Virus record (IMG/VR): IMGVR_UViG_3300042473_000506
Length of the DNA: 64,000 nt
DNA from: a virus
Lineage: Duplodnaviria > Heunggongvirae > Uroviricota > Caudoviricetes
Reading direction: 5' to 3' (one strand)
The stretch's first letter is position 1; every line of letters begins with the position of its first letter. The notes beneath the pieces are model-generated. The model was not told the origin of the DNA and ran no database searches. It saw only the letters and a program-made list of their open reading frames with translations. Made by a program: the position numbers and the translations under genes. Of this stretch, positions 9,664-19,638 are shown piece after piece.

Positions 9664-10677
9664 TTTTTTAGCTCGGTCGGCAAGGGCAACGCTCGCAAGG
9701 TTTTTGCCCTTTGCTTCTACCATAATATCATGGGTATCGAGGAAACTTAATGCCCATTCATTTACTGCGGTGTTCCACATAAAATTACTGTGGGCTCGCA
9801 GTTTCTGCTTTTTGTGTCCGGCTTCTAATAGCTGTGCATAATCGGGCAGTGTTTTCTCACAATGTCCAGGTAGCCATTCTTCACGGCTAACAGAATAGTG
9901 CATAACGGGTCGAACACCCCGCCAGCTGTCAATCACACGTAGAACTCTATCGTCGGTGGGTTGAATGTAGTCTCCTGTACGGACCCAGTGATGGTGTACG
10001 TCAAGCACGAGGGCGCAATGTTTTTGCAGCTCAAGGCTGCTTTCGATTCCCCAGGCGTTCTCGTCGTTTTCAATTGTGATGCAGTTTCTTGCTTCGGGGG
10101 TAAGTCTTCCGAGTACATCCTTAATGCCTTGTGGACCTCTTCGACCCGAGATGTGGACGTTGATTTTAAAGTCTTGAAACGATTTACCATATCCCATCCA
10201 GCGGGCCATATCCACATGATATTCAAACTCCTCTATCGACCTATTTACAATATCATCCGACTCACTTGCCAAGACAGTAAACTGACCAGGATGAAAGCTG
10301 AGCCTAACGCCGCCCTTGCGAGCCAGATCTCCCACGGCTCGAAATGCTCTTTCGCAATAGGCTCTAACATCGGATAGCCTGTAAAAGAACTGCCAATCGC
10401 GCTGAGTATACACAGGTAGTATATCGCTGCCGAGTCGTACCATTCTAAGATTTTCATCAAGTGCTCCTACACGTTCTACCAGTTTGCGAACAGCTTCAAT
10501 GTTACCTTTAGTAAGGTCCCAAAGTTTTTCTTCTGCTACATTCTGGCTCTGTCTATTTAACCACGCAACGGTGGTAGAGCCAGTATTGTACTTTTTAGCA
10601 TCGTCATTGGGCTTGATGCCATTAACTTGTGCAGGAGTGTCGATCCATTTGCAGGCAAATCCAATTTGTTTTTTCAT
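9649..10677 (-). CDS. uvdE: UV-damage endonuclease (UvdE/UvsE family)
   Basis: Blocks 'VRLSFHPGQFTVLAS', 'ITIENDENAWG', 'VLDVHHHW', 'DIMVEAKGKNLA' match the UvsE blocks 'LRTSFHPNQFTLFTS', 'MTLENDDKTYT', 'VFDFHHF', 'DFMIEAKQKDKA'. Confidence 0.8.
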   Translation of the reverse strand: MKKQIGFACKWIDTPAQVNGIKPNDDAKKYNTGSTTVAWLNRQSQNVAEEKLWDLTKGNIEAVRKLVERVGALDENLRMVRLGSDILPVYTQRDWQFFYRLSDVRAYCERAFRAVGDLARKGGVRLSFHPGQFTVLASESDDIVNRSIEEFEYHVDMARWMGYGKSFQDFKINVHISGRRGPQGIKDVLGRLTPEARNCITIENDENAWGIESSLELQKHCALVLDVHHHWVRTGDYIQPTDDRVLRVIDSWRGVRPVMHYSVSREEWLPGHCEKTLPDYAQLLEAGHKKQKLRAHSNFMWNTAVNEWALSFLDTHDIMVEAKGKNLASVALADRAKKLSLL

Positions 10678-11324
10678 GATATCAATCTTAAATGAGAGGG
10701 CGTTGTTATCCCAATTTCTGGAAAAAAGTTTTTTGTGTAAATGTCAAATGCAATTCCAACCCTTAAATTTCCCTGATAGGGCAATGTTTCGTGTGGCATA
10801 ATGCAAGAAAAGAAATGTATGTCTCCTGTTTTATTTGGAATTTTTAAAATGTCTTTACCGTAATACACAGTATCACTAGGTGCATCACCTTGTAAGAATA
10901 AGTTTCCACAGATTGTTTTAAACACATTCTTTTTAAACATGTCATTCTCAATAATCGGAGATGCATGGTGCATGTGTTTTTCTATTCTTTCTCCTTTTCG
11001 GAAAATATTAGCCCACATTTTAACATAGAATTCCTCCCCACCAATGATCTGTTTTGCAGATTCTAAAATCTTTTTAAGCAACGGATTTATTTGATTAGGA
11101 AGAAAATCAATTAAATTGTAATATTCGTGTCTAGTGGTAATAGAATTAACGGGTGCTTCTTTGTAATGTGACGGACCTAATCCAATAATTTTACTTTCTA
11201 GTTTAACAATACTATCAGTAAGTGCATTACAATAAGTTTGATCTAGTACATTGACCCCGAGGATATTGTTTTTGAAATTCTCAATGCGGTCTTCGTAGAC
11301 TATTTGGGTTTGTGCAACGACCAT
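10674..11324 (-). CDS. hypothetical protein
   Basis: 216-aa ORF; no secure motif. Confidence 0.35.
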   Translation of the reverse strand: MVVAQTQIVYEDRIENFKNNILGVNVLDQTYCNALTDSIVKLESKIIGLGPSHYKEAPVNSITTRHEYYNLIDFLPNQINPLLKKILESAKQIIGGEEFYVKMWANIFRKGERIEKHMHHASPIIENDMFKKNVFKTICGNLFLQGDAPSDTVYYGKDILKIPNKTGDIHFFSCIMPHETLPYQGNLRVGIAFDIYTKNFFPEIGITTPSHLRLIS

Positions 11325-11466
11325 GAACCATCCTTGTTGTCAATCCATTCGAGGGTGTCGCCTTCTACCCAACCTTGCATATTGAGTAGTTCTTGAGGCA
11401 ACGGCAAAATAAGATCCTTAGTATCGGGATCTTCTTCAAGTATTACTGTCCAAGAATGTTTAGTCA
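11303..11466 (-). CDS. small AbrB/MazE-like (SpoVT-AbrB fold) protein; ORF below the 60-aa track threshold
   Basis: Hand translation 'MTKHSWTVILEEDPDTKDLILPLPQELLNMQGWVEGDTLEWIDNKDGSWSLHKPK' shows the x-I-x-L-P-x-x-L...GDxLxI swapped-hairpin pattern; its 3' end overlaps the start of 10674..11324 in another frame. Confidence 0.3.
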
Positions 11467-11472
11467 TAGTAT

Positions 11473-11501
11473 ATTTTACACGATTGTACGGAAATAGTCA
11501 A
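11473..11501 (-). promoter_or_regulatory. candidate sigma70-type promoter TTGACT-N17-TAAAAT inside the 3' end of the UXS gene
   Basis: Minus strand 'aTTGACTatttccgtacaatcgtgTAAAATatac'; would transcribe the AbrB-like small ORF and the 216-aa gene. Confidence 0.35.
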
Positions 11502-12411
11502 TGGTTCTAACAAGTCCTTGTTCCAAATTGATTTTAGGTTCCCAATCGAGCATAGACTTTGCTACTGAAATATCCGGACGACGTTGCTTTGGATCGTCTT
11601 GAGGCAAAGGCATTTGAAGGATTTGGCTCTTGCTTCCGGTAAGTTCAATAACTTTATGTGCTAATTCCCACATGGTAAACTCTCCTGGATTGCCAGTATT
11701 GACAGGCCCGATAAAATTATCGTCGGTGTGGTTCATCATTGCCTGCATAGCATCCAAAAGATCATCAACATAGCAGAAACTACGAGTTTGCATACCATCA
11801 CCGTAGATAGTAATGTCTTTGCCTTGTAGTGCTTGAACGATGAAATTACTAACTACTCTGCCATCATTTTGAGCCATTCTTGGGCCATAAGTGTTGAAAA
11901 TACGAACAATTTTGGCCTTAACATCGTGAGTACGGTAGTAGTCCATAAACAGTGTTTCTGCGGCACGTTTACCCTCATCGTAGCAACTACGGATACCAAT
12001 TGGATTTACATTGCCCCAATATGATTCCGGTTGTGGATGTACAGTTGGGTCACCGTAGCATTCACTGGTACTTGCCTGTAGAATCTTAGCACCAGTACGT
12101 TTGGCCAAACCTAGCATATTGTAGGCACCTAGCACACTGGTTTTCATTGTTTGGATAGGATCCCATTGATAATAATATGGACTTGCAGGGCAAGCCAAAT
12201 TATAAATCTCATCAACTTCTACATATAATGGAAAGCAAACATCTTGTCGGATGACTTCAAAATTCTTGTTATCTAATAAATGAGCAATATTGTTTTTGCT
12301 ACCTGTAAAATAATTGTCCACACAAAGAACATGGTGTCCTTCGTTGACAAGCCGATCACATAAATGTGAACCTAAAAATCCTGCGCCGCCTGTTACTAAT
12401 ACTTTTTTCAT
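11476..12411 (-). CDS. UDP-glucuronate decarboxylase (UDP-xylose synthase), SDR family
   Basis: '[18 protein letters not shown]', '[61 protein letters not shown]...YDEGKRAAE' is near-identical in pattern to UXS1. Confidence 0.8.
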   Translation of the reverse strand: MKKVLVTGGAGFLGSHLCDRLVNEGHHVLCVDNYFTGSKNNIAHLLDNKNFEVIRQDVCFPLYVEVDEIYNLACPASPYYYQWDPIQTMKTSVLGAYNMLGLAKRTGAKILQASTSECYGDPTVHPQPESYWGNVNPIGIRSCYDEGKRAAETLFMDYYRTHDVKAKIVRIFNTYGPRMAQNDGRVVSNFIVQALQGKDITIYGDGMQTRSFCYVDDLLDAMQAMMNHTDDNFIGPVNTGNPGEFTMWELAHKVIELTGSKSQILQMPLPQDDPKQRRPDISVAKSMLDWEPKINLEQGLVRTIDYFRTIV

Positions 12412-12890
12412 TTGTTTCCTTTAATTAAATTAGGTGAGTACTGTGGCAATACATTACTAACTTCTGTTTCTTTTTTATTTTCTAGTTTAACGGTTCTATC
12501 TCTAAGTTCGCTAGAACTATAAACATGTTCTCTTTTATGATAGTGTAATTCTATACCGTTGTCAATACACCATTGCTTGCCTGTAAAATCTCTATTTAGA
12601 TATTCGTCACTGAGAAACCGAATATGAATAGTCTGTGTCTTAAGTAATTGTAACAGATCGAATTCGGTTTCGTATATTAAAATTTCATCCACATATTTGC
12701 AGGCCTGTAATTGCACATATCTTTCATAGGCACTTTGAACAGGTTTATTTTTAACTCCAGGTCTATCTATTGAAGGATCAATTTGAAGTGCAACAACAAG
12801 ATAATCGCATAACTGTTTCTCCATTTTAAGCATGGTTACATGACCTGCATGTAACAGATCAAAACTACTACAGTTAAATCCTATCTTCAT
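12408..12890 (-). CDS. cytidylyltransferase, second paralogue
   Basis: 'FDLLHAGH' HxGH motif, 'VDEILIY' block; 4-nt overlap with UXS start (operon). Confidence 0.6.
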   Translation of the reverse strand: MKIGFNCSSFDLLHAGHVTMLKMEKQLCDYLVVALQIDPSIDRPGVKNKPVQSAYERYVQLQACKYVDEILIYETEFDLLQLLKTQTIHIRFLSDEYLNRDFTGKQWCIDNGIELHYHKREHVYSSSELRDRTVKLENKKETEVSNVLPQYSPNLIKGNK

Positions 12891-13176
12891 TCTGCGTCCT
12901 TTGGCGCTACAATTCCATATTGTTCATACATCCATTTAATAAATCTTTCAATTTCTTTACTTGGGTATGGATACGCTTTGTATGCTATGGTTACTCTTTC
13001 TAACCAATCTTTATCTGTCATGTTAGTTCCAGTGCCTTAATACACCTGCTACTATAAAGCAGTTTGTTATTATGTATGATAGCACAATAAATGTGCGAAA
13101 GCAAGCAATTAGATCTGATTCCGAATCTGTATTGCCTGCTTTTTCTCCAAGGGCCTTAGCCCATAGTCTCCAAATG

Positions 13177-13683
13177 TTACGCAAATAGGTCTTCATTCCA
13201 TTCACGATGTCCTTCACGGAACGCCATATTGGCCTGTGTTTCGCGTACTTCCACACGATAGCACCAAAGTCTTGCCGCTTCGCCCGGTCCCCACATCTCT
13301 GGAATGTAAACGCCGTTGACATATTTGTAGAGCATGTCACTTAATGCTTCACAACCGAGTGCTGGTAGAATGACAATCTTAGCCATGTTCTTTTCTTGTA
13401 GCATTTTGAATACTTCCATTTGAGGATCGTCTTGTGCAACAATTAAAGTATGATCGAATTGATCCTCTAATGTTTTCTTTAGTTCTTTTAAACCACCATA
13501 GTCAGCCGCCCAATTGCGGACATCTAGGTCGTTGGTGCCAAAGTAGAATTTCATGCTAAATGAATAGCCGTGAATTAGATTACAATGACTATCACTGCGC
13601 CATTGGCGGTATGCACAGGGAAATGCATCGTGATATTCTTTTGTGCTTGTGTACTTGTATAGTACGGGTTGTAGATTTGCCAT
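13177..13683 (-). CDS. queD: 6-carboxytetrahydropterin synthase / PTPS family (QueD-like)
   Basis: 'SHCNLIHGYSF' corresponds to the QueD/PTPS Cys-x-x-x-His-Gly-His zinc/catalytic motif; ~170 aa. Confidence 0.65.
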   Translation of the reverse strand: MANLQPVLYKYTSTKEYHDAFPCAYRQWRSDSHCNLIHGYSFSMKFYFGTNDLDVRNWAADYGGLKELKKTLEDQFDHTLIVAQDDPQMEVFKMLQEKNMAKIVILPALGCEALSDMLYKYVNGVYIPEMWGPGEAARLWCYRVEVRETQANMAFREGHREWNEDLFA

Positions 13684-13783
13684 CTCTAGTCTCCTTTGTA
13701 AGGTAGCAAGTTTGACGACATGCAGAGTTTATAAAGCGGGATGAATGTGCGTGAAAGTCCGCTGCCTACTATTTATTATAGGC

Positions 13784-14368
13784 TTATCGACGTGAAACAA
13801 TTTTGTCGCAAAGACCATAAGCCAGTGCTTCATCTGCGCTCATAAATGTATCTCGATCCATATCACGCTCAAAATCGGCATAGCTTTTACCGGCGGTATT
13901 GTGTTCAACATACAATTTGGTTAACATGGTTTTCATTTGTGTGATTTCTTTGTATTGAATTTCAATATCACTCTGCATACCACGAGCACCACCACTAGGC
14001 TGATGAATCATGTGACGAGCATGTGGCAACATAAAACGTTTACCTGGATGTCCTGCCTGTGCTAGGAAACTACCCATTGAACAAGCCTGACCCATAACAT
14101 AGGTACACACATTTGGTTTGACAAACTGCATAACGTCATAGATAGCCATGCCACTTGTAATTACACCGCCTGGACTATTAATGTAAAAGTGAATATCCTT
14201 TTCGCTGTCTGAACTTTCCAAATGTAGGATCTGTGCTACAATTAGATTACTACTGTGATCATCGACTGGTCCATTCAAGAACACAATACGCTCATTAAGC
14301 AAGCGGCTAAAAATATCAAAGGCTCTTTCGCCTTGTCCGGTCTTCTCGACCACCATTGGTACTAACAT
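13784..14368 (-). CDS. clpP: ATP-dependent Clp protease proteolytic subunit ClpP
   Basis: '[17 protein letters not shown]', catalytic 'GQACSMGSF' (Ser), 'MIHQPSGG' (His) blocks. Confidence 0.9.
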   Translation of the reverse strand: MLVPMVVEKTGQGERAFDIFSRLLNERIVFLNGPVDDHSSNLIVAQILHLESSDSEKDIHFYINSPGGVITSGMAIYDVMQFVKPNVCTYVMGQACSMGSFLAQAGHPGKRFMLPHARHMIHQPSGGARGMQSDIEIQYKEITQMKTMLTKLYVEHNTAGKSYADFERDMDRDTFMSADEALAYGLCDKIVSRR

Positions 14369-14793
14369 TATTTGTATGCCTTATCAAGTGTTGTATTAGT
14401 CAGGCCAGCAATGACCTGGAAATTGTCCCACGCTTTTTTCACTGCGGGATTGCGATCTAGTTCTTCACTAGGTAAAACTGTTTCGAGCCATATTTCTGAT
14501 CGACGAGCAGGATGTCTGCCAAACTTGCGAGGTTGGTGCAGTTTTCCATCTTCCCACAACATGATGCTGACACTACGGAACTTGTCCTCGTCGTCTTTAT
14601 TGTTAAAGTCATAGTGACTCCACTCGGCATGGCTTGCACCTCCGAGGCAGTAGCCTTCCCAGATACCTGACCATTGTAGGTCATCTCGCGGGTCAAAATC
14701 TGTACGAGTAATTACTACCAGTACATCTTCTATGTCTACACGTTCTTCAACAATATCAAGAACGCAACGACTGTAACTTAGACCGACTTTCAT
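14368..14793 (-). CDS. hypothetical protein
   Basis: ORF with ATGA-type overlap to clpP. Confidence 0.4.
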   Translation of the reverse strand: MKVGLSYSRCVLDIVEERVDIEDVLVVITRTDFDPRDDLQWSGIWEGYCLGGASHAEWSHYDFNNKDDEDKFRSVSIMLWEDGKLHQPRKFGRHPARRSEIWLETVLPSEELDRNPAVKKAWDNFQVIAGLTNTTLDKAYK

Positions 14794-14999
14794 TCTTTAA
14801 CTCCGAAATATTGTTTCATGTACCACCCTACAGATACACTAGGATCGTATTGCTCGTATCCCTGTTCTTTCAATTCACCAATCTGAGCACATTTGCAAAT
14901 AATCAATTCGGCAAACTTTTCGGCGTGTTCGATGCCCATCCATTTACCGCTCGTATCAGTTCCAGCCTGTTTCATAAGTGTTTCAATTTGTTCTCTCAT
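14790..14999 (-). CDS. hypothetical protein
   Basis: ORF in overlapping operon run. Confidence 0.3.
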   Translation of the reverse strand: MREQIETLMKQAGTDTSGKWMGIEHAEKFAELIICKCAQIGELKEQGYEQYDPSVSVGWYMKQYFGVKE

Positions 15000-15421
15000 T
15001 CTTTAAATCTTTCTGCATAACGGGCATCTGATTCTGCCCTGTGTGTAGGACACAATGTTTTAATCCAACCTTTACCACCTGCTGTGCCAGGAGCACCGCA
15101 AGTTTCACAACTCTTGTCAGCCCATGCTTCTGCCATACGTACCATACCACTAATTTGATCGTCGCCACCTTGATAGTAGAACCGCAATCCGCCAAACTTT
15201 TCTTTGATCTGTTCTACTACTACCTGTTCAATAACAGGGCGAGTTTCGCGGTTCTTATTCCACCAGTCAGTGTGGCTTTGGATATTGGCACATAGGCTTT
15301 CGATAATAGGCCACCATCCTTCACCTACAGCAAACCCACCGTAGGATTGTGAGAACATCTTTGGATACTTCTCTTCCATGCTTTTGGCAAATGCTTCGTA
15401 CTTGTCTATATCACGATTCAT
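14996..15421 (-). CDS. hypothetical Cys-containing protein
   Basis: ORF; 'CETCGAPG...C' cluster. Confidence 0.35.
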   Translation of the reverse strand: MNRDIDKYEAFAKSMEEKYPKMFSQSYGGFAVGEGWWPIIESLCANIQSHTDWWNKNRETRPVIEQVVVEQIKEKFGGLRFYYQGGDDQISGMVRMAEAWADKSCETCGAPGTAGGKGWIKTLCPTHRAESDARYAERFKE

Positions 15422-15656
15422 TTTCTTTATCCTGTTCGTAGGCTTTTACCATTCGATATAACGGTTCCATGCGTTCAGAAAATACATCGGGGCAATTTTC
15501 AGCAGCTCGTTTCATATCCCACGCACTGGGATAATGTCTAAGACAATACCTAGCATTATCCTTAATGGCTTTAGGAACTCGAGGAGTATTAAGAATTTCT
15601 ACTAAAAACTCTTGAGTCCTTACTACTGCTCGATATCTTTCATCAGGTAATGTCAC
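15411..15656 (-). CDS. hypothetical protein
   Basis: ORF. Confidence 0.3.
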   Translation of the reverse strand: MTLPDERYRAVVRTQEFLVEILNTPRVPKAIKDNARYCLRHYPSAWDMKRAAENCPDVFSERMEPLYRMVKAYEQDKENES

Positions 15657-16206
15657 GACTGGCCTTCCATTGATCGGCCTTGTCCTTCATACCTTCTGGG
15701 TCACGCTTGTAGTCTTCAAGCACTGCTCGAAGAGCTTCTTCTATGAACTGGTTAAATGTCATATCACGTTCGTGTGCTAGCTTCATATATTTTAACAGCT
15801 CTTCGTCTGTAAAGTCTACAGGAACACTAACACGAGTATCATAATCCTCGCCTGCGGCAATGGCCAGAGCCTTTTGCATAAAGTCGTCATCGGCCTCGAG
15901 ATCTACATAGTTGACATCTTCCCAGGCCTCATCCGGCACCCTGCGATTAGCAGTTTCTTTTGCATGAGCCGAGGCATAGTCGGAATTGATCATACGGTAG
16001 GCTCGACCGTTACGGAAGTCGTGTGCCTCTACTTGATAAACTTCTTGAGTCTTAGTATCAAAGGTGATAGTAAAACTATGACCCTCTTGGTCACCATTCC
16101 AACTGTCGAGTTGATACACGTCATCTCCAAAACACCTCCACCCATAGGTGCTACCTTCGGTAATACGGTAATCGACAAGTTCCATCCATTCTTTAACTGT
16201 TAGCAT
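15643..16206 (-). CDS. hypothetical protein
   Basis: ORF. Confidence 0.4.
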   Translation of the reverse strand: MLTVKEWMELVDYRITEGSTYGWRCFGDDVYQLDSWNGDQEGHSFTITFDTKTQEVYQVEAHDFRNGRAYRMINSDYASAHAKETANRRVPDEAWEDVNYVDLEADDDFMQKALAIAAGEDYDTRVSVPVDFTDEELLKYMKLAHERDMTFNQFIEEALRAVLEDYKRDPEGMKDKADQWKASRDIT

Positions 16207-16804
16207 TTTGCGGTTCCTTAGTTAGTTCGCACATTAAAATAAAATGTTCGTAGGCTTTACGAACTGCTTCATTAGAGTATAGCATCTTTGCTTCTTCTTG
16301 TAAAGCCTTTACACCAGCTTCGGCAATTTCTCTGGCACTGGGGATTTCCACATAGTAGCGGTCGTCACCGAATGCCTTGGCCATTGCTTCCCAAGCCTTC
16401 TTCTGCTTTTCAGTAATGGGCCTATTGTGTGGGCGCATCTCGCTAGCCTGCACCACTGCCTTACTAATAGCATCTTCAGCCACTCGGCTGGCCGCAATCA
16501 GCCCTGCATAATCCGGGTTGATATTAAAGCGGCGACTAGTGCCCCCAGGATAACACATAACCAAATGAGTACCCTTCGTATAACTATCCATAAAATCGCT
16601 GTCGTACTCGGCGACAGGAACATATCTGCGGCCCTTTTTCTCATAGTATATCTTCTTGGTCATTTTGTAATCCGTTGCTGTGTCGGTCTGTAGTTTTTTC
16701 AACATCTTGGAATAGACGTTTTTCTTGTGCTGTAAGACTGTCTTTGTGGATATGTCGAGGATTCCCGCACATAGCACAACCTGGTCTGCCACAATCCATT
16801 GCAT
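16193..16804 (-). CDS. hypothetical protein
   Basis: ORF. Confidence 0.4.
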   Translation of the reverse strand: MQWIVADQVVLCAGILDISTKTVLQHKKNVYSKMLKKLQTDTATDYKMTKKIYYEKKGRRYVPVAEYDSDFMDSYTKGTHLVMCYPGGTSRRFNINPDYAGLIAASRVAEDAISKAVVQASEMRPHNRPITEKQKKAWEAMAKAFGDDRYYVEIPSAREIAEAGVKALQEEAKMLYSNEAVRKAYEHFILMCELTKEPQNANS

Positions 16805-16955
16805 GATGCTTGGCCAAACGATGTGGCTCTTTTAGCACTTTGTTTTCATCAGCAAATGAATTGTGTTGTTTGGCAATTTTAAGTTGCTTCTTTACTGCTG
16901 TTTCATCTTTAAAACGTCTGCGGCTATTCAAATACTTTGCTTGTTCATTGGCCAT
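16641..16955 (-). CDS. hypothetical zinc-finger-like protein
   Basis: 'CGRPGCAMCGNPRH' Cys cluster; overlaps previous ORF in another frame so one of the two may be shorter. Confidence 0.3.
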   Translation of the reverse strand: MANEQAKYLNSRRRFKDETAVKKQLKIAKQHNSFADENKVLKEPHRLAKHHAMDCGRPGCAMCGNPRHIHKDSLTAQEKRLFQDVEKTTDRHSNGLQNDQEDIL

Positions 16956-17161
16956 TATAACCTCTTATGTTGTTATTTTAGAAGATTGACGTTTTCGGCA
17001 CTCCTCTCTAACCTTAGGAGGAATATCGGGATGCCATTCTGCCATTCCGCAGTCATATACTCGTTGCTGAGGTAAACTGTTTCCAAAAACTATAAGTCCA
17101 AACATTGCTAGAGATAACCCTACAACGATCATAGACAATCCGATCATTTGTAGAGTTTGCT

Positions 17162-18382
17162 TCATTTGTATACCTTTAGGATAACAGTATCTTCACTGAA
17201 CCGGCCGTTGAGTTGAGTCTCTGTAGTTTTAACACTCTTAGCAAACCAAGTCTCAAAACGCTTCTGTGTATTCTGCTCTTTGAACTCTTTGATCTGCTCT
17301 GGCGGCTTACGCAGGGTCTTCTGAACACTCTTGTCAGTAAAGCCAGTTAGTGTGGTGCCTTTTACACCAAGTCCAACACTGCTGGTAGCAATGTAGTAAC
17401 CGATCTTACGAGTCTTTACATTGAACACTGCTACACCACTTGCACCAATAATAGTAGCAGGCGGAGCACTGGTAATGCCAAGTTTAGTGTCGCTCAACAT
17501 GAACTTGAGTTTAGCAACAATCTGTTCTGCAGGCTTGACCTTGGCAGCACGAGGCTTCTTCATAACCTTCTGTTCAGCCGCAATCTGCTCACATGCAGCC
17601 ATAATGCTTTCGTAGAACTCGATCAGCTTCTTGACATTCTTACGTGGCAGGTGCTTGTAACCCTCACGAAGTTGCTCATCTGCGTTACCGCTAGCCAACT
17701 CCATCAGTTCATCGTGACCTCGCTGGAAGTAACCTTTGATGATACGACTGTGAGCTGCCTTGGCACCCTTGCCTTTGAGCAAGTTCACAACCTTAATGTC
17801 TTTAGGGTTAAACGCTTCTGGGTCTACGATAAAGCTGTCAATGGCTGCATCAATTTCCTCACTCATACCACCTGCGGCTTCACGCAGACGATCTTGAATA
17901 GTAGGAACATATACATCAGCAGTCTTTACACTTTTAACAGAGTCGTCGCTCTCAACTTCGTCATCCGCACCTTGCTCGATTACTTTGGAAATTTCTTTGC
18001 CCAACCAAGTTGCAGTGTCACGCCCATTGTTAAACCCTGAATGAGTTGATGGCATACCTCGGAGCAAGCAAGCGGCTACTGCACCCATAGTAGTACCACA
18101 GCGGCTGTCTTTAGTATCTTTAAATGCTTTAATAGTAGACTTGTCGTAGCCGTTAGCACCCATCCAGTTAATAACTGAGGGCTTCAATTCTTTAGCAGAC
18201 TTCTCCAAACGATACCAAGCCATTGCACCATGGAAGTGACGCATGAATTGATTGTCGCTCCACGATTCTGCACCATCCCACTTTGGGCTATAGTCGCGCT
18301 TGGCATTCTCACGGATGCTTACGCTAGTGATCTTTTCTTTTTTAACTTTGGGTTTAATCTTAATGCCTGCGACTGTAGCCAT
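17162..18382 (-). CDS. hypothetical protein (406 aa)
   Basis: ORF with AAGGAG RBS and a sigma70 consensus promoter at 18414..18442. Confidence 0.45.
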   Translation of the reverse strand: MATVAGIKIKPKVKKEKITSVSIRENAKRDYSPKWDGAESWSDNQFMRHFHGAMAWYRLEKSAKELKPSVINWMGANGYDKSTIKAFKDTKDSRCGTTMGAVAACLLRGMPSTHSGFNNGRDTATWLGKEISKVIEQGADDEVESDDSVKSVKTADVYVPTIQDRLREAAGGMSEEIDAAIDSFIVDPEAFNPKDIKVVNLLKGKGAKAAHSRIIKGYFQRGHDELMELASGNADEQLREGYKHLPRKNVKKLIEFYESIMAACEQIAAEQKVMKKPRAAKVKPAEQIVAKLKFMLSDTKLGITSAPPATIIGASGVAVFNVKTRKIGYYIATSSVGLGVKGTTLTGFTDKSVQKTLRKPPEQIKEFKEQNTQKRFETWFAKSVKTTETQLNGRFSEDTVILKVYK

Positions 18383-18413
18383 TTTGTGCTCCTTGCTGTT
18401 TCAGTATAGTTAT

Positions 18414-18442
18414 ATTATACAGCCAGAACGGCTGTAAGTCAA
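18414..18442 (-). promoter_or_regulatory. sigma70-type early promoter TTGACT-N17-TATAAT
   Basis: Minus strand 'cTTGACTtacagccgttctggctgTATAATataac'; spacer contains an inverted repeat cagcc/ggctg. Confidence 0.55.
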
Positions 18443-18717
18443 GAGTCGGTAATACCAGTTTTGTCCAAATATTCCGAGTATTTCAACAGGAACATAGTAC
18501 GCTTTGGCTCGTTGTAAAAGTCCAAATAGATTGACTCTTTTAGATACTTATGTCCAAAATCTGGATCCATCTTCCATACCCTGTGGGTTCTGCTAGTAAA
18601 ACCTAAAACCGATTTCATCTTATTTCGAATTAGTAATACACTAGGCGGGTAATCCTGAGCTATTTGATTATAGATTTTAAGCCATTGTGCCTCGGACAAC
18701 ACTATAGATCTGCTCAT
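18439..18717 (-). CDS. hypothetical protein
   Basis: ORF. Confidence 0.3.
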   Translation of the reverse strand: MSRSIVLSEAQWLKIYNQIAQDYPPSVLLIRNKMKSVLGFTSRTHRVWKMDPDFGHKYLKESIYLDFYNEPKRTMFLLKYSEYLDKTGITDS

Positions 18718-19256
18718 TAGAACTCATTATTTTGATCCACGACTATCCAACCAAGTCGTTTTAGGTCTTCTTGAATTTCGGCAGTGACAACACTTTCCGG
18801 AACATACCCGTTTGGGAAGGCTATGTTTATTTTTGGATCATAATTGTTGTCGTTTCGAATGCCACTACAATACCAATCGATGTAGTCTCCTTCTTGTAGC
18901 ATATCTGCCACAATTCCACCAGCACGTCTCCAAGAAGCGCCCCAAGTTTGATTCTTGAGAATGGGCATAACGTCTAACTTTTGGAAGTCATTGTTGCAGA
19001 TTGCGGCGTAGAGATTTTGAGCATATACATCACTTGTCCGTACCTTTTCCAAAATCCATTCAGTACTACGGAGATCGTACTCCATGTTATCCTTTTGCCA
19101 TTCTGGATCAACCATATTTTCTTCATCCTGTTGTCGTGCAGATTTGTAAAGATTAAGGTAATCTTCACTCGGCACTTTACCTTCTTCTTCACAGCGTTTT
19201 ATATACCCTTCGGCTTGAAAAGTATGTCGTTCAGGACTGCTTGAAACTTTAGTCAT
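18717..19256 (-). CDS. hypothetical protein
   Basis: ORF. Confidence 0.4.
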   Translation of the reverse strand: MTKVSSSPERHTFQAEGYIKRCEEEGKVPSEDYLNLYKSARQQDEENMVDPEWQKDNMEYDLRSTEWILEKVRTSDVYAQNLYAAICNNDFQKLDVMPILKNQTWGASWRRAGGIVADMLQEGDYIDWYCSGIRNDNNYDPKINIAFPNGYVPESVVTAEIQEDLKRLGWIVVDQNNEF

Positions 19257-19507
19257 TGCAGATTTCGTTTGTCAGCTTCACCGAAGTCCTCGGCAAACAT
19301 GCGGAGTTCTTCATCGCTAAGTTCATCAATAGGGACTGCTTTGTCGAACAATTCTCCACTTTGGATCAGTTGTCCAATTTCAGCCATCAACTCATCGAGC
19401 TCTTCCTGGGAACCTTCAAAGCTGTCGAAACAGCCAGGTGCAAATACAACTTTGAGCTCTTTGCGCTCTTCTGGAGTCATATCTTGAGGAGTTTTCTTTT
19501 CAGTCAT
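19253..19507 (-). CDS. small acidic hypothetical protein
   Basis: ORF, Glu/Asp-rich. Confidence 0.3.
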   Translation of the reverse strand: MTEKKTPQDMTPEERKELKVVFAPGCFDSFEGSQEELDELMAEIGQLIQSGELFDKAVPIDELSDEELRMFAEDFGEADKRNLQ

Positions 19508-19638
19508 TATTTTCTTTCGGAGTTAAGGGTCGATTGTTACAATAAAAACATTCACGGTCGTTACAAATATCTTCTAACCATTCATTGCAGGTTTCGCAAT
19601 AGTGAGCATCATACTCTTTCGAGTACGATTTTATGCAA

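Noticed and set aside
9933-10460. ORFs 9933..10226, 9961..10377, 10245..10460 inside/antisense to uvdE
   Set aside because: Nested in the well-supported UvdE reading frame.
13023-13340. 105-aa ORF overlapping the 3' half of the QueD-like gene
   Set aside because: It lies out of frame within a gene with a recognisable catalytic motif and has no independent signals.
14372-15295. Short antisense and overlapping ORFs (14372..14614, 14457..14696, 14811..15020, 14983..15195, 15041..15295)
   Set aside because: They conflict with a continuous run of overlapping minus-strand genes with operon-style ATGA junctions. They have no RBS and no motifs.
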